DNA of 64,000 nucleotides from Methanothrix sp. (GTDB lineage Archaea; Halobacteriota; Methanosarcinia; Methanotrichales; Methanotrichaceae). Shown piece by piece: positions 19,599-29,566 of this stretch. The DNA lies in contig OY821645.1 of assembly GCA_963682135.1 (NCBI GenBank), positions 96,001-160,000 of the forward strand. Direction: 5' to 3'. Position 1 is the stretch's first letter. Each line of letters opens with the position of its first letter. The translations under genes were made by a program, and so were the position numbers. The notes beneath the pieces were generated by a model. That model was not told the origin of the DNA and did not search any database. It saw nothing but the letters and a program-made list of their open reading frames with translations.

Positions 19599-21167
19599 AT
19601 GAGGATCAGGGTATTTCTTCGGCTTTTTGCCTCGCTTCTTAAGATTCTAGCGGTCTTGCTGCTTATACCCGGAGCCGTTGCTGCCTATTATGGAGAGACG
19701 GGGGGGGTCATCGCCTTCGCCGTAACTTCTCTTCTCACCCTAGCCTCTGGAATTGCTCTGGGGCGTCTCTCTTCGAGTGAGGAGCCGGGCCTCAAAGAGG
19801 GCTTTGCCCTTGTCTCTTTGGGCTGGCTTGGTGCTGCCTTCTTCGGCAGCCTGCCTTACGTCTTCCTAGGGCTCAGCCTCATTGACGGTCTATTCGAATC
19901 CATGTCGGCCTTTACCACTACCGGCTCCTCAATACTGACGGAGTCAAATGCAGAAGGCTACTGGATTATCAACAGCGCGTTAGCCAACAGCAGCCTGGCG
20001 CATAGCCTGGAGCTTGGCGTAAGGAGCCTGACTGCCAACAGCACATGGCTGCAGATCAGCAGCAGCCCGGATAAGACCTATATGGGACTGCTCTTTTGGC
20101 GGTCTTTTGCCCAGTGGCTGGGCGGAATGGGTATAATACTACTATTCGTGGCTATATTGCCGCGCCTGGGAGTGGCTGGACGACAGCTCTACCGGGCAGA
20201 GGTGCCAGGTCCGGATAAGGATGCACTCACTCCGCGCATAAAACAGACCGCCCGGGTGCTCTGGGTGGTCTACATCTTTATGACAGTGGCTGAGATCGTG
20301 TTCCTCTATGCGGTAGGAATGCCCCTCTTCGACTCGCTTTGCAATACCTTTGCCTCCATGGCCACAGGCGGCTTCTCTCCCCAGGCCCTCAGCATAGCCG
20401 CGTATAAAAGCGGGATTATTGACGGCATTATCACACTGTTCATGTTTTTAGCCGGAGCCAACTTCGCCCTTCATTACAAATTCCTAAACTCCGATCGAAA
20501 GGCCCTTTTCAAGGACGCAGAGTTTCGATTTTACAGCCTGATAGTCCTGGCGACTACCGCCATTATCGTTCTCTGGGGGGGCCTGCAGGGCGACATCATC
20601 CGTAAGATCCAGCTGGCCGGCTTCCAGGTGGTCTCCGTCATGACCACTACCGGCTTTGCCACGACGGATTTCGATCAGTGGACGGCTGCCGCCAAATTCA
20701 CTCTGCTGCTGCTCATGCTTATCGGCGCATGTGCCGGTTCCACGGGTGGAGCCATTAAGGTGGTAAGAATACTGTTGGTTCTAAAAAGCGTCTACCGCGA
20801 GCTGCTTCATTCCCTGCATCCCAAGGCCGTGATTCCCCTGAAGCTGGGGGGAATTTCGGTCAAGGATGAGGTGCTGCGGCCCAGCAACATTTTCGTGGCC
20901 ACATACTTATTCATCTTTGCCGTAGCCTCGCTGCTCCTGGCCATCATCTGCTACGACGATCCGCGCATGAATATCGAGTCCATCCTTTCTGCGGTGGCGA
21001 CAACGCTTGGCAATGCTGGACCGGGATTTGGCAGCGTGGGACCGATGTTGAGCTTTGCCGAAATTCATCCTGCCGGAAAGATGCTGCTCTTCTTTTGCAT
21101 GTGGATCGGTCGGCTGGAGATAGTGACAGCCCTGATGCTGCTGGTGCCTGAGTTTTGGAGGAAATAA
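19599..21167 (+). CDS. trkH: Trk potassium uptake membrane protein (second paralog)
   Basis: FESMSAFTTTGSS, QWLGGMG, ATGGFS, TTTGF, GSTGGAIK, GNAGPG, GRLE motifs. Confidence 0.93.
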   Translation: MRIRVFLRLFASLLKILAVLLLIPGAVAAYYGETGGVIAFAVTSLLTLASGIALGRLSSSEEPGLKEGFALVSLGWLGAAFFGSLPYVFLGLSLIDGLFESMSAFTTTGSSILTESNAEGYWIINSALANSSLAHSLELGVRSLTANSTWLQISSSPDKTYMGLLFWRSFAQWLGGMGIILLFVAILPRLGVAGRQLYRAEVPGPDKDALTPRIKQTARVLWVVYIFMTVAEIVFLYAVGMPLFDSLCNTFASMATGGFSPQALSIAAYKSGIIDGIITLFMFLAGANFALHYKFLNSDRKALFKDAEFRFYSLIVLATTAIIVLWGGLQGDIIRKIQLAGFQVVSVMTTTGFATTDFDQWTAAAKFTLLLLMLIGACAGSTGGAIKVVRILLVLKSVYRELLHSLHPKAVIPLKLGGISVKDEVLRPSNIFVATYLFIFAVASLLLAIICYDDPRMNIESILSAVATTLGNAGPGFGSVGPMLSFAEIHPAGKMLLFFCMWIGRLEIVTALMLLVPEFWRK

Positions 21168-21221
21168 AATAGCATAATTTCGGTTTTAGAGAGCATCGTC
21201 ATTTTGGGGCGCATATTCTTT

Positions 21222-22112
21222 TTACTTTTCCCGGATTCGCGCGTTGATTACCCTGTCCGACCTCAACAGAGCCTCATGCGTTCCCCCATAGTGCCTGGCC
21301 GCCTCTACCATAATCTGCTTGAAGCCCTCCAGATCACCAGCGTCTGCTTTTTCACTAAGCCGCATGCATTCCGCCACAAAAGTCTGCCGAACGGCTGCCG
21401 CCTTGGGATTCTTCTGGATGGAGGCATAAAGCTCAGGATTCTGATCCAAGATTCGGCCCACAAAATCGATCATGATCTCGTAGACCGGAGACATGAATTT
21501 TCTGGATCTTTGCACATCAAAGTCCAGAGTGCGCAGCGCCGCTCCTATGCCGATGTAGGCAAAATGAGTGAGCGCCTGCACCACCGCCATGATCTCGTCG
21601 TGCTCCTCTGCATCCAGGATTTCCACGTTGGCTCCGTCCGACGCGAAGAGCGACTGCATGATGGAAAGCCACTTTCCCGTCTTTCCCTCCACCGGCGTGA
21701 GGATGATGGTCTGGCCGCGAAGCGTCGGCATGGTAGGCCCGAACATGGGGTGCGTGCCCAAAACCTCCACACCCTTGGGGGCATAGGTCTTCATGGCCTT
21801 TACAGGCCCGGACTTGATGGAGGTCACATCCATGATCAGGCTGCCGGGATGCATGTGGGGCGCTACCTCACGGATTATCTCCACGGTCTTCTCGATAAGC
21901 ACACTGACCAGGACGATGTCGCTTTTTTCGACTTCCTGCATCATGTCCTGAGCATAGCGTACTCCCAGTCGCTCGGCTACCTCCACCTTGCCGCTCGGTC
22001 CCCAGACCGCCACATCAAAGCCCTTTTCCTTAAAGTAGCGGGCAAACCAGGAACCGGTCTCGCCCGTGCCACCCAAAATCAGTATGCTAGCCATTGCGCC
22101 ATCGCCCTCCAC
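21222..22112 (-). CDS. tyrA: Prephenate dehydrogenase
   Basis: ILGGTGETG Rossmann motif, DVTSIK, THPMFGP, EHDEIMAVVQALTH. Alternative start ATG 22094. Confidence 0.93.
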   Translation of the reverse strand: MEGDGAMASILILGGTGETGSWFARYFKEKGFDVAVWGPSGKVEVAERLGVRYAQDMMQEVEKSDIVLVSVLIEKTVEIIREVAPHMHPGSLIMDVTSIKSGPVKAMKTYAPKGVEVLGTHPMFGPTMPTLRGQTIILTPVEGKTGKWLSIMQSLFASDGANVEILDAEEHDEIMAVVQALTHFAYIGIGAALRTLDFDVQRSRKFMSPVYEIMIDFVGRILDQNPELYASIQKNPKAAAVRQTFVAECMRLSEKADAGDLEGFKQIMVEAARHYGGTHEALLRSDRVINARIREK

Positions 22113-22592
22113 GTCATCTGGTTATGAAGATGCATTTAAGCTTCCTAAAGCTTTGCATTTTGCCCATCTTCGAGCCAGTCGAGACTTTGCGCGAGATTCA
22201 ACCGTGTCCGGGTTCACGCGAAGGCGCAAAGTCGCGAAGTCCCGACGACACATGCCCATCGTCCAACCAGATTTCGCCTTCAAACAGACCGGGAGCCTGA
22301 GGGCCCCGGCCTCTTCCTAGGCAATGTCTCCCGCCCTTGTAGACTCCATGCACTTCACTTGCGAGCCGCTGGGTGAGCGGGCAGCCTTCTGCAAGGTCCT
22401 TCCTGCAGTTGCCTGAAACGGACCGGTGCATGAAAGGTGGTTCTATGGCACTGTTTAAAATTTGTAAATATGCTATAGAATTATAGGAGACAAGCAGGCC
22501 AAAATTCACGATTTTCTAAGCGTCACTCTATTTCTCGCAGACAGGCACATGAATGCAAAGATATACATAACTATCGCATAACATTAGAGCAC

Positions 22593-22766
22593 ATGAGCGA
22601 GATAGTCTTACAGGTGCCAGATGATGCTGGAAGACTATCATCCGGAGCAGCAGCCAGACTGGCAGGAATACCAAGAACGCTTTTCCTTACCAGATTGGCG
22701 AACTATGGTGTTGATACCTTTCGCCTGACAGAAGAAGACCTCAAGGCGGAGGCATCTCTTGCCTGA
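22593..22766 (+). pseudogene. UPF0175-family antitoxin-like gene with apparent internal deletion
   Basis: Not in the ORF track (57 aa): MSEIVLQVPDDAGRLSSGAAARLAGIPRTLFLTRLANYGVDTFRLTEEDLKAEASLA*. It has the UPF0175 GRLSSGxAAxLAG motif but lacks the usual central helix. Confidence 0.65.
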
Positions 22767-22845
22767 GATCAGGTGCATCATCTATCTCAAGACACTCCAT
22801 CAGCACCAGCAAATTGACCCCAAGCCGAGCACGATCATCTGTCAT

Positions 22846-23946
22846 CTATTCCTCTCTCATCTCCGTCTGCCCCCGCGCCAGCCTTATGGCCTCGTGCAGC
22901 TTTGCCTCCAGCAATCCCTTTGGCGGCAGCTCCACCAGATATTCAGCCACCCGGATCTCGCCCCGGTCGAGCTGCAACAGCTCAATCTGCTCCCGGTTCT
23001 TCTCGCCGCACAGTATCAGGCCAATGGGCAGATCCTCGCCCGGCCGGCGCTCGTACCTATCCAGCCAACGTAGGTAGAGTTCCATCTGCCCCTTGTGAGC
23101 GGGATCGAAACCCCCCAGCTTTAACTCTATGGCCACCAGGCGACGCAAGCTGCGATGGTAGAAGAGCATATCCAGGTAAAAGTCCCGATCGCCAATGGTC
23201 ATGCGTTTCTGGCGGGCGATGAAAGAAAAGTCGGTGCCCAGCTCCAGCAGAAACCTCTCCAGCTCCCTCAGTATGGCCGCCTCTAAATCGCGCTCACTGT
23301 AGGTGTCCTCCAGCCTCAGGAAGTCCAGTAGATAAGGGTCCCGAAAGACCAGATCGGGCGTCATGAGGTCCTCTTCCTGTAAGGCTTCCAGTTCCTGTCT
23401 GGCCAGTTTCTCGGGCTTGCGGGAGATGGCGGTGCGCTCATAAAGCATGCCCTGAATCTTCCGTCGCAGCGTTCGCACGCTCCAGCGTTCCACCCTTGTC
23501 ATCTCTGCGTAAAACTGGCGTTGCAGAGGGTCCTTGAGGTAGATGATTTCAATGAAATGGGACCACGACAATAGTCCAGACAGTGTCTGGACTATCTTGG
23601 GATCGTCGAAAACCTCGGCAAAACGGATCATGTGAAACACATTGCTGCGGCGAAATCCCTTGCCGTACTCTGCAGTCAGCCTCTCGCTCACCAATTCGAC
23701 AACTTTCGCTCCATACTCGGCCCGGTTCTCGGCTGGCAAGTCCTCGAAGATGCGCTTTCCTATCTGCCAGTAGAGCATGACCAGCTCGGAGTTAACCGAC
23801 TGTGCTACACGGCGGCGTGAATTTTCGACTAAGAAGCTGATATCGTCAAGGAGTCGCTTGGAGTCGATGGCATCGGTGTTTATCCCGGATTCTTTCATCT
23901 TGCCTGCCGATGGTAGCTCATCTTTAACCTTGAGATCTTTCGTCAT
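22846..23946 (-). CDS. DUF1016/YhcG-family PD-(D/E)XK nuclease domain protein
   Basis: LYWQIG, LSWSH, WSVRTL, DPYLLDFL, FLLELG, DMLFYHR.L..LVAIELK, GQMELYL, PIGLILC motifs. Confidence 0.92.
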   Translation of the reverse strand: MTKDLKVKDELPSAGKMKESGINTDAIDSKRLLDDISFLVENSRRRVAQSVNSELVMLYWQIGKRIFEDLPAENRAEYGAKVVELVSERLTAEYGKGFRRSNVFHMIRFAEVFDDPKIVQTLSGLLSWSHFIEIIYLKDPLQRQFYAEMTRVERWSVRTLRRKIQGMLYERTAISRKPEKLARQELEALQEEDLMTPDLVFRDPYLLDFLRLEDTYSERDLEAAILRELERFLLELGTDFSFIARQKRMTIGDRDFYLDMLFYHRSLRRLVAIELKLGGFDPAHKGQMELYLRWLDRYERRPGEDLPIGLILCGEKNREQIELLQLDRGEIRVAEYLVELPPKGLLEAKLHEAIRLARGQTEMREE

Positions 23947-24666
23947 GCCTTCACCGCTTGTCTTGGCCAGATTTCAGCTCAGCTTTTATTTTATCCCTTC
24001 GTCAGGAAGTCTCTGCCATTGATTCTTTTTGTTTCTTTCTTGTCGTCCTCGCGCCAGGAGGCCATTTCAGTTAGGTGCAAGTCTTGCAGTCCCTTCTGGC
24101 TCTCGTTGACTGATCTCAATTATCCCACATGGTCAGATCCTCCGACCTGTCTTGGACCTTGAGGGCCGCCTCCGCCTCTCCTTGCAGCCCTTGCCCCTCG
24201 CAGAGGCGGGCCCGCAGGCGCACGGGCGGCCTTCTGCAGGGCTCGGGCGTGCCTGACCAGCTACCAGGCGGTTCTTCTCAGGGCCTTCCTGCGCTAGCCG
24301 GCAGCGGTGTCGTGCATGAGAATAGTTTTAAGGCATTTTACTTAATGCTTATTATAATGTCATAGAACTATTTGGACTGGCATGCTGAAGACCTGCAAGT
24401 TATATGTACTACATTATACAAACCTCTCAACTCGGCTTAAATCGCCTTTAGCCTAACTTCCCATTTCACTACACTATGGAATGATTTATCGACAATTGCC
24501 CGTTATCGGATTTTCGGTGTCAGTGAGGATAAAAAGTCCCTGCAGAATCCGCCGTGCAACATCTGGGGGTCTGGCTCAGAAAGTATTCTTATAATAACAT
24601 CCCTGTGGTAAAAAAGTTATCAAAAAAGAGGGGATAAAAGTATAGGTTACACATATATAGCCTCTT

Positions 24667-26003
24667 CTAGTGAGGGATGCCTCCTACACGAAGTGACGGA
24701 TCTCCAAACAGTGGGAGCCTCCAAGGCTCAAGATAGCAATATACATCCTGTACAGTGACATCTCCTTTTTTGGGGGGAGCATACTTCTTGTAATGCTCTT
24801 GGACCATATAAAACCACATATCTCCCAAAATATTCTTACCATCTTGGAAAGCCTTAAAAAATAGTTTGAGCAAATCAGGTGCGGGGGAATTCCCAGTAAT
24901 TGTACTTCCCATATAAGCGATTGCGCCCGTATCCTTGGACATTGTCATTTCTTCAGCCATGCTATCATAATCGTGGTTGGCCTGGATGCAAGCGGGCTGC
25001 GGGGGCGTGGCGTTGAACTTTTCAGATTTTTCGGTTCCATCGTGTGGAATTCCAGCAGTGTCTAGATAGCTATTTAGCGGAGGTATTGGGGCAAATCTTC
25101 CTGTATCGCATGCTGCCGCTACAACCACAGGCAACCTATTTGAGTTCTTCAGATTTTGTACATGGGTAGTTGAATATCCTCCGTTAGGAATTCCCCAGCC
25201 TTTTGTGCCGCCATGACCCATATAGCTAACGAATCCGACTCCTTGGTCTATATAGAAATTAATCCATTCTGGACTAATTGGTTCCGTCGGGGATATCCCA
25301 TTAGCGATCGTACTTTGACAACAATTTCCTTTCTGATAAAGTTTATGCGTAATGAACCCCGGAAGATTCTCAGCTATGTATTCTTGCTTTTTGCAGATAT
25401 CAGAGACCCAGTTTGTAGTAGCAATAAGCAAAGCGGATTTTGCCCAAGATGACCTGTAGGCATTGCTTTCATAGTATATTAACTTTGACACATAATTTTC
25501 AACATCCTTTTTCGTGGAAGCCGGAATTCGTCCTACTGCAATGTTAGGAAATAGGTGTACATTGTCTGGATTTAAATCAAACTTATTAGGTATATTACCG
25601 ATATACACTTCCCCAAAAGATCCATCTTTATCTTCATCCCAGTCATCAAATGATTTACTAAGATATTCTTTAAAGATACACGCATAATAAAGATCTACGG
25701 GAACAAAGATGGTATGAAAATCTTTCTCATACTTTACAGGATCCCAGGTCCATTTTACATAGCGTACCGGGAATCTATCCACGTCGCCCAGGAGCATTAC
25801 GTATTTAATATTATCGGAAATGCAAAATGAATGGATACAACGCTTAACTTTTTCAGCCTCATCTCTGCCAGGATATGTTTTATAAATATGTTCAAGGCTG
25901 ATAAGCATAGTAGGGATACCGGTGCAGTTCTTGTGATCCGCAAGCGGCATCACGGCTTCCGCGAATTCCAGTGGAGTAATAATAATAATGAAATATTGGA
26001 CAT
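24667..26003 (-). CDS. Peptidase C25 (gingipain-like) family protein, apparently frameshifted near the N-terminus
   Basis: YVMLLGD, DLYYA, VGRIPA, YMGHG (catalytic His), AAACDTG (catalytic Cys), LFGDPSL. The RBS-preceded ATG 26003 is out of frame with the 24667..25953 ORF. Confidence 0.8.
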
Positions 26004-26477
26004 ATATATTCCGACCTCCTAACTTAATTTTGCCTTTTGAATGTCTGTATATATAAATGTTTTTCTATTCGTATCTAAGCTGACAGATATTCAGGGATGG
26101 CCTTTTGGGGCCTTTGACCGGAGGCCGCATCTTGCCTTGAGCCAGAGGAGAGCTGCCTCTTGTGACGTGTGAGGAAATCCTCTTGATGCATAGTTCGAGT
26201 GTGCATGTCGGTTTATATCAAATAAGATGACATAACAGAAGGTTGCGTTGGAACCGTATAAGAAGAGCATTGGGTGGAATTTGATTTTGTACCGGATTGT
26301 GTTTGACTGAGTCAAACAGCGGCGTCCCACTCCGATGCAACAAGTATCGGGGCATACAAGATGTCGCCGCATGAAAGTGGAATCAGGTTAATCTGATCCA
26401 AAATCCTAAGTTGAATACGCATGCCCTTTATCCCAGCCGCAGCAGGCAGTCGGGTATTACGTTTAAAAATAGAATTT

Positions 26478-27539
26478 TTAACATATTAACCTTTCATCTT
26501 TTTGAGTCTCTAATGATTGATAATATATACGGTTATTTATTCCGGTATGAAATAGATAAATTGAAGCATTACCTTTAGAAGGAACGCCAATTCCTGCCGC
26601 TAAGAGATTATTTGTAACTCCTCCACCGGGCACTTCTTTCCAGCCCGTCCACGTTTCAATAAAACCTGTTGCTTTTGTACATTTTAATATATTATAGTAT
26701 ATTCGTCTAGAATTTTCATTTGTTTCGTGGGATTTTGAACTGAATAGGTACAACTTATCCCAAATGCGGCAAGTTTCTGGTGGAAATAGAGCTCCCACTG
26801 AGGTTGAGTCTAATTCGCTCCATCCGCTCCATATTTGATCTCTCCCCATGTGACTATAATATATACTGTATCTGCTGAGGGCGTTTATTCCACGATAAAA
26901 AAGGTAGAGTTTGTCTTTATCTGGGGAATATGGTACATGATAATATTCTGCAGCCAATGGGGTAAATGTTGAACCTCTTCCTGGAACTTCATACCAACCA
27001 TCCCAGGTTTGGCTATTGTTCTTGGAGTTCATTTCCAAGGTACTCATATAGATGCAATCATTATCTCCAGTATGAAAGAGCCAAAGTTTCCCGAAAACGC
27101 GTGCAGCTAGCCTCATAGCTGTAGAACCTCTAATTGGTACTTCCTTCCAATTGCTCCAAGAACCGCCCTCCTCATAATTGTATAAAATTCTAGATTTGTT
27201 ATCCCTAAGGAAAAGGTAAATCCTATCATAATAAAAGCATGCCCTTAAACCCACATCTGTTGTAGCTCCACCTGGCACTTCGCTCCAATTGCCCCAAATC
27301 TCTCCTGCTTTCATGACGTTGTAATAAACGCGTTTATTTATGCCTTTGAAGAAGAGATACAAATCCTTTCCATCTGCCACAGCTGATAAAGCTCCATCGG
27401 TTCTGACTCCACCAGGGACCTCTTTCCAGATTCCATCCATAATGTTGTATCTCCGTATAATTCCTCGATGCAAAATGCTATTAAACTATAAGAAAATATC
27501 CATTGAATCCTTTATTGGTTCACGTATGGTAGTGGACAT
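26478..27539 (-). CDS. Trp-rich repeat beta-propeller (PLL/fucose-lectin-like), with an in-frame TAG near the N-terminus
   Basis: Six or seven repeats of W..W.EVPG.G.T...L.A......LYLF..G.N..IYY. The ORF track gives 26478..27473; upstream in-frame ATG 27539 is separated by TAG at 27488-27486. Confidence 0.7.
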
Positions 27540-27841
27540 GTCACAACTGGCAGGTCGTGAATAAGGATCTATTGGAGAAATCCGGATCGTTATATACTGA
27601 TTTTCTCAGGATAGTACTTAGTGAAGCTCAAAGTGTGCATGTCATCTTATATCAATATTATGACATCAATATCTTTAGATGGGATGATTTGTGAGCTATG
27701 GAAATGATGATTCAGGGTATATAAAGGAGGCATGTTTTCAGCATACAGATAAGTAGGATTTTATGTCGTAAGGACTAGCGGAGAGATCACTAGGTTGAGG
27801 CAATTTATTAGACGAGACAGACCAGATAGATCGTCAGGATA

Positions 27842-28233
27842 TCATTTAAAATCTTCGAAGTCGTGTATTCCATCGAGTAATCTCTTTATCGCTTTGGTAT
27901 TGCTCCAGACCTCGATGATCTCTGCTTTTTTGATTCTGTTGAAATGGTTATCGTTAGTAATCAGAACCGCATTGGCATAAAGGCAAGTCGCAGCATGAAC
28001 GATATCCGAAAATTCGCTCTCTGGAAAGAACGCTGCACAGATATCTATTTCCTCCTGAGACGGATTCACTTGGCATATTTCTCATATTCAAAAATAAGGA
28101 GTTCATTGGCAAAAAGCTCCGCTGAGCTATCCAGAAGATGATAGATAAGTTCCGTGCTCTTGGTCTATCTATGCTTTACTGCTGCGATAAAGACGGTGTT
28201 ATCGAGAAGATATCTTGAACTTTTGGCGGGCAA
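27842..28233 (-). pseudogene. PIN-domain (VapC) toxin pseudogene
   Basis: The N-terminal part YLLDNTVFIAA has an in-frame TAG (28167-28165) and TGA (28068-28066). The C-terminal part (SDIVHAATC..LITNDNHF) is in another frame from 28069. Confidence 0.8.
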
Positions 28234-28462
28234 GCTGGTTGCTCTCCTCTTCGATTTCGCTTTCGAGCTTATCAAGATCGATTGACTTAGCTTTTTCTAT
28301 TGCATCTTCAAGCAGCAATCGCAGGTTGATCTTCTTGAGGACGATCGTATCTTCTCCCAGATCCTCCGCTACGAACTCATCACCCTCTTTCAGCTTCATC
28401 CTGTGTCGAAGGTTGCTGGGTAGCTGCACTCTTCCCCTATCATCTACTTTAGCGAGCGGCAT
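28199..28462 (-). CDS. AbrB/MazE/SpoVT-family antitoxin (VapB-like)
   Basis: KVDDRGRVQLP..LR....LKEGDE swapped-hairpin motif; overlaps the start of the PIN pseudogene. Confidence 0.85.
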   Translation of the reverse strand: MPLAKVDDRGRVQLPSNLRHRMKLKEGDEFVAEDLGEDTIVLKKINLRLLLEDAIEKAKSIDLDKLESEIEEESNQLARQKFKISSR

Positions 28463-28741
28463 TCTTACCCATTTTACCCATCTATATTATAAATATTTAT
28501 GGCCTAAGACTCAAGGTTCCCGGCTATGAACTATCCGAATCTGCTCAGGCACGTTTTTGCGGTCTAGAGCCTGGATGACAGCGTACCTGTGGGTGACCGC
28601 AAGGACCGACATGGACATGCCTCCCTGGAGGCGCAAGGGCGAGAAGCAGCTGGACCTGCGTGGAAATTTCGTCGCATCGCTCTGACTTGATCCCAGAGGT
28701 CGCAAAGGGCAAAGACCGCACAACGTGCCCCTTTTCAATCC

Positions 28742-29566
28742 CTACCTCGCAGCCAGAGCCTCTCGAACCGCCCTCTCCATCACATCCACCGGAGCCTTTT
28801 TGCTCGTCCAGATCTCCAGAGCCCTGGCGCCCTGATAGACCAGCATCATGACCCCGTCCACTGCCACCGCTCCGGCGGCGCGGGCATCCTGAAGAAGCTG
28901 CGTCTCCCGGTTGTAGACGATATCAAAGACCGCCTGACTGCTCTGCAAAAGGCCACCGTCCAGAAGTCTCGGGTCGCCTGCTCGCATGCCTACCGATGTG
29001 CAGTTTATTATTATGTCCGCCTGAGGTACGAGCCTCTCCAGCTCTTGCAGAGAAAAGCCCCCGGCACCGACGCAGGCCGCCAGCTCCAAAGCTCTCTTTA
29101 GGCTGCGGTTGGCGATGGATATCTCTGCCCCTTCCTGCGCCAGAGTGTAGGCAATGGCCCGCGCGCCGCCACCCGCACCAATTATCAGCACATTCTTGCC
29201 CCTGATTTCGACGCCCGCATCCTGCAATGCCAAAAGCGCGCCCCATCCGTCTGTGTTGTAGCCCGCGACGACCTGCGGGCCGAAGGCCACTGTGTTCACC
29301 GCGCCTATAGCCCTGGCGAGAGGATCGGGCTGCAAGAAATCAAATTCAAGCGCTTTTTCCTTGAGGGGAATGGTCAGATTAAGCCCGGAAAATCCCATGG
29401 CTGCGGCACCACGAAGGGCATCTTGCAGATCCGCACAGCTTACCCGAAAGGCATGGTAGCAGGCATCTTCACCCAGCGCCCGCAAGGCAGCGTTCTGCAT
29501 GGCGGGAGATAGGCTGTGCGTTATTGGATCACCAAATATGCCGAAGATCTTCATAATAATCATCAA
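28742..29566 (-). CDS. aroE: Shikimate dehydrogenase
   Basis: HSLSP.MQN, GLNLTIPLKE, GAVNT, GYNTDG, GAGGGARA, DIVY, MLVYQG motifs. Confidence 0.95.
   Translation of the reverse strand: MMIIMKIFGIFGDPITHSLSPAMQNAALRALGEDACYHAFRVSCADLQDALRGAAAMGFSGLNLTIPLKEKALEFDFLQPDPLARAIGAVNTVAFGPQVVAGYNTDGWGALLALQDAGVEIRGKNVLIIGAGGGARAIAYTLAQEGAEISIANRSLKRALELAACVGAGGFSLQELERLVPQADIIINCTSVGMRAGDPRLLDGGLLQSSQAVFDIVYNRETQLLQDARAAGAVAVDGVMMLVYQGARALEIWTSKKAPVDVMERAVREALAAR

Noticed and set aside
21204-22127. 307-aa plus-strand ORF
   Set aside because: It is fully antisense to a clear tyrA and has no recognisable motifs.
23947-24120. Type I restriction HsdS C-terminal remnant upstream of DUF1016 (WRE...KIKAE)
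   Set aside because: The resemblance is too short and is split across frames.
26227-26260. Integron attC-like start (ACATAAC...)
   Set aside because: It is on the wrong strand and position relative to the cargo genes, no matching complementary arm was found, and no integrase is present.
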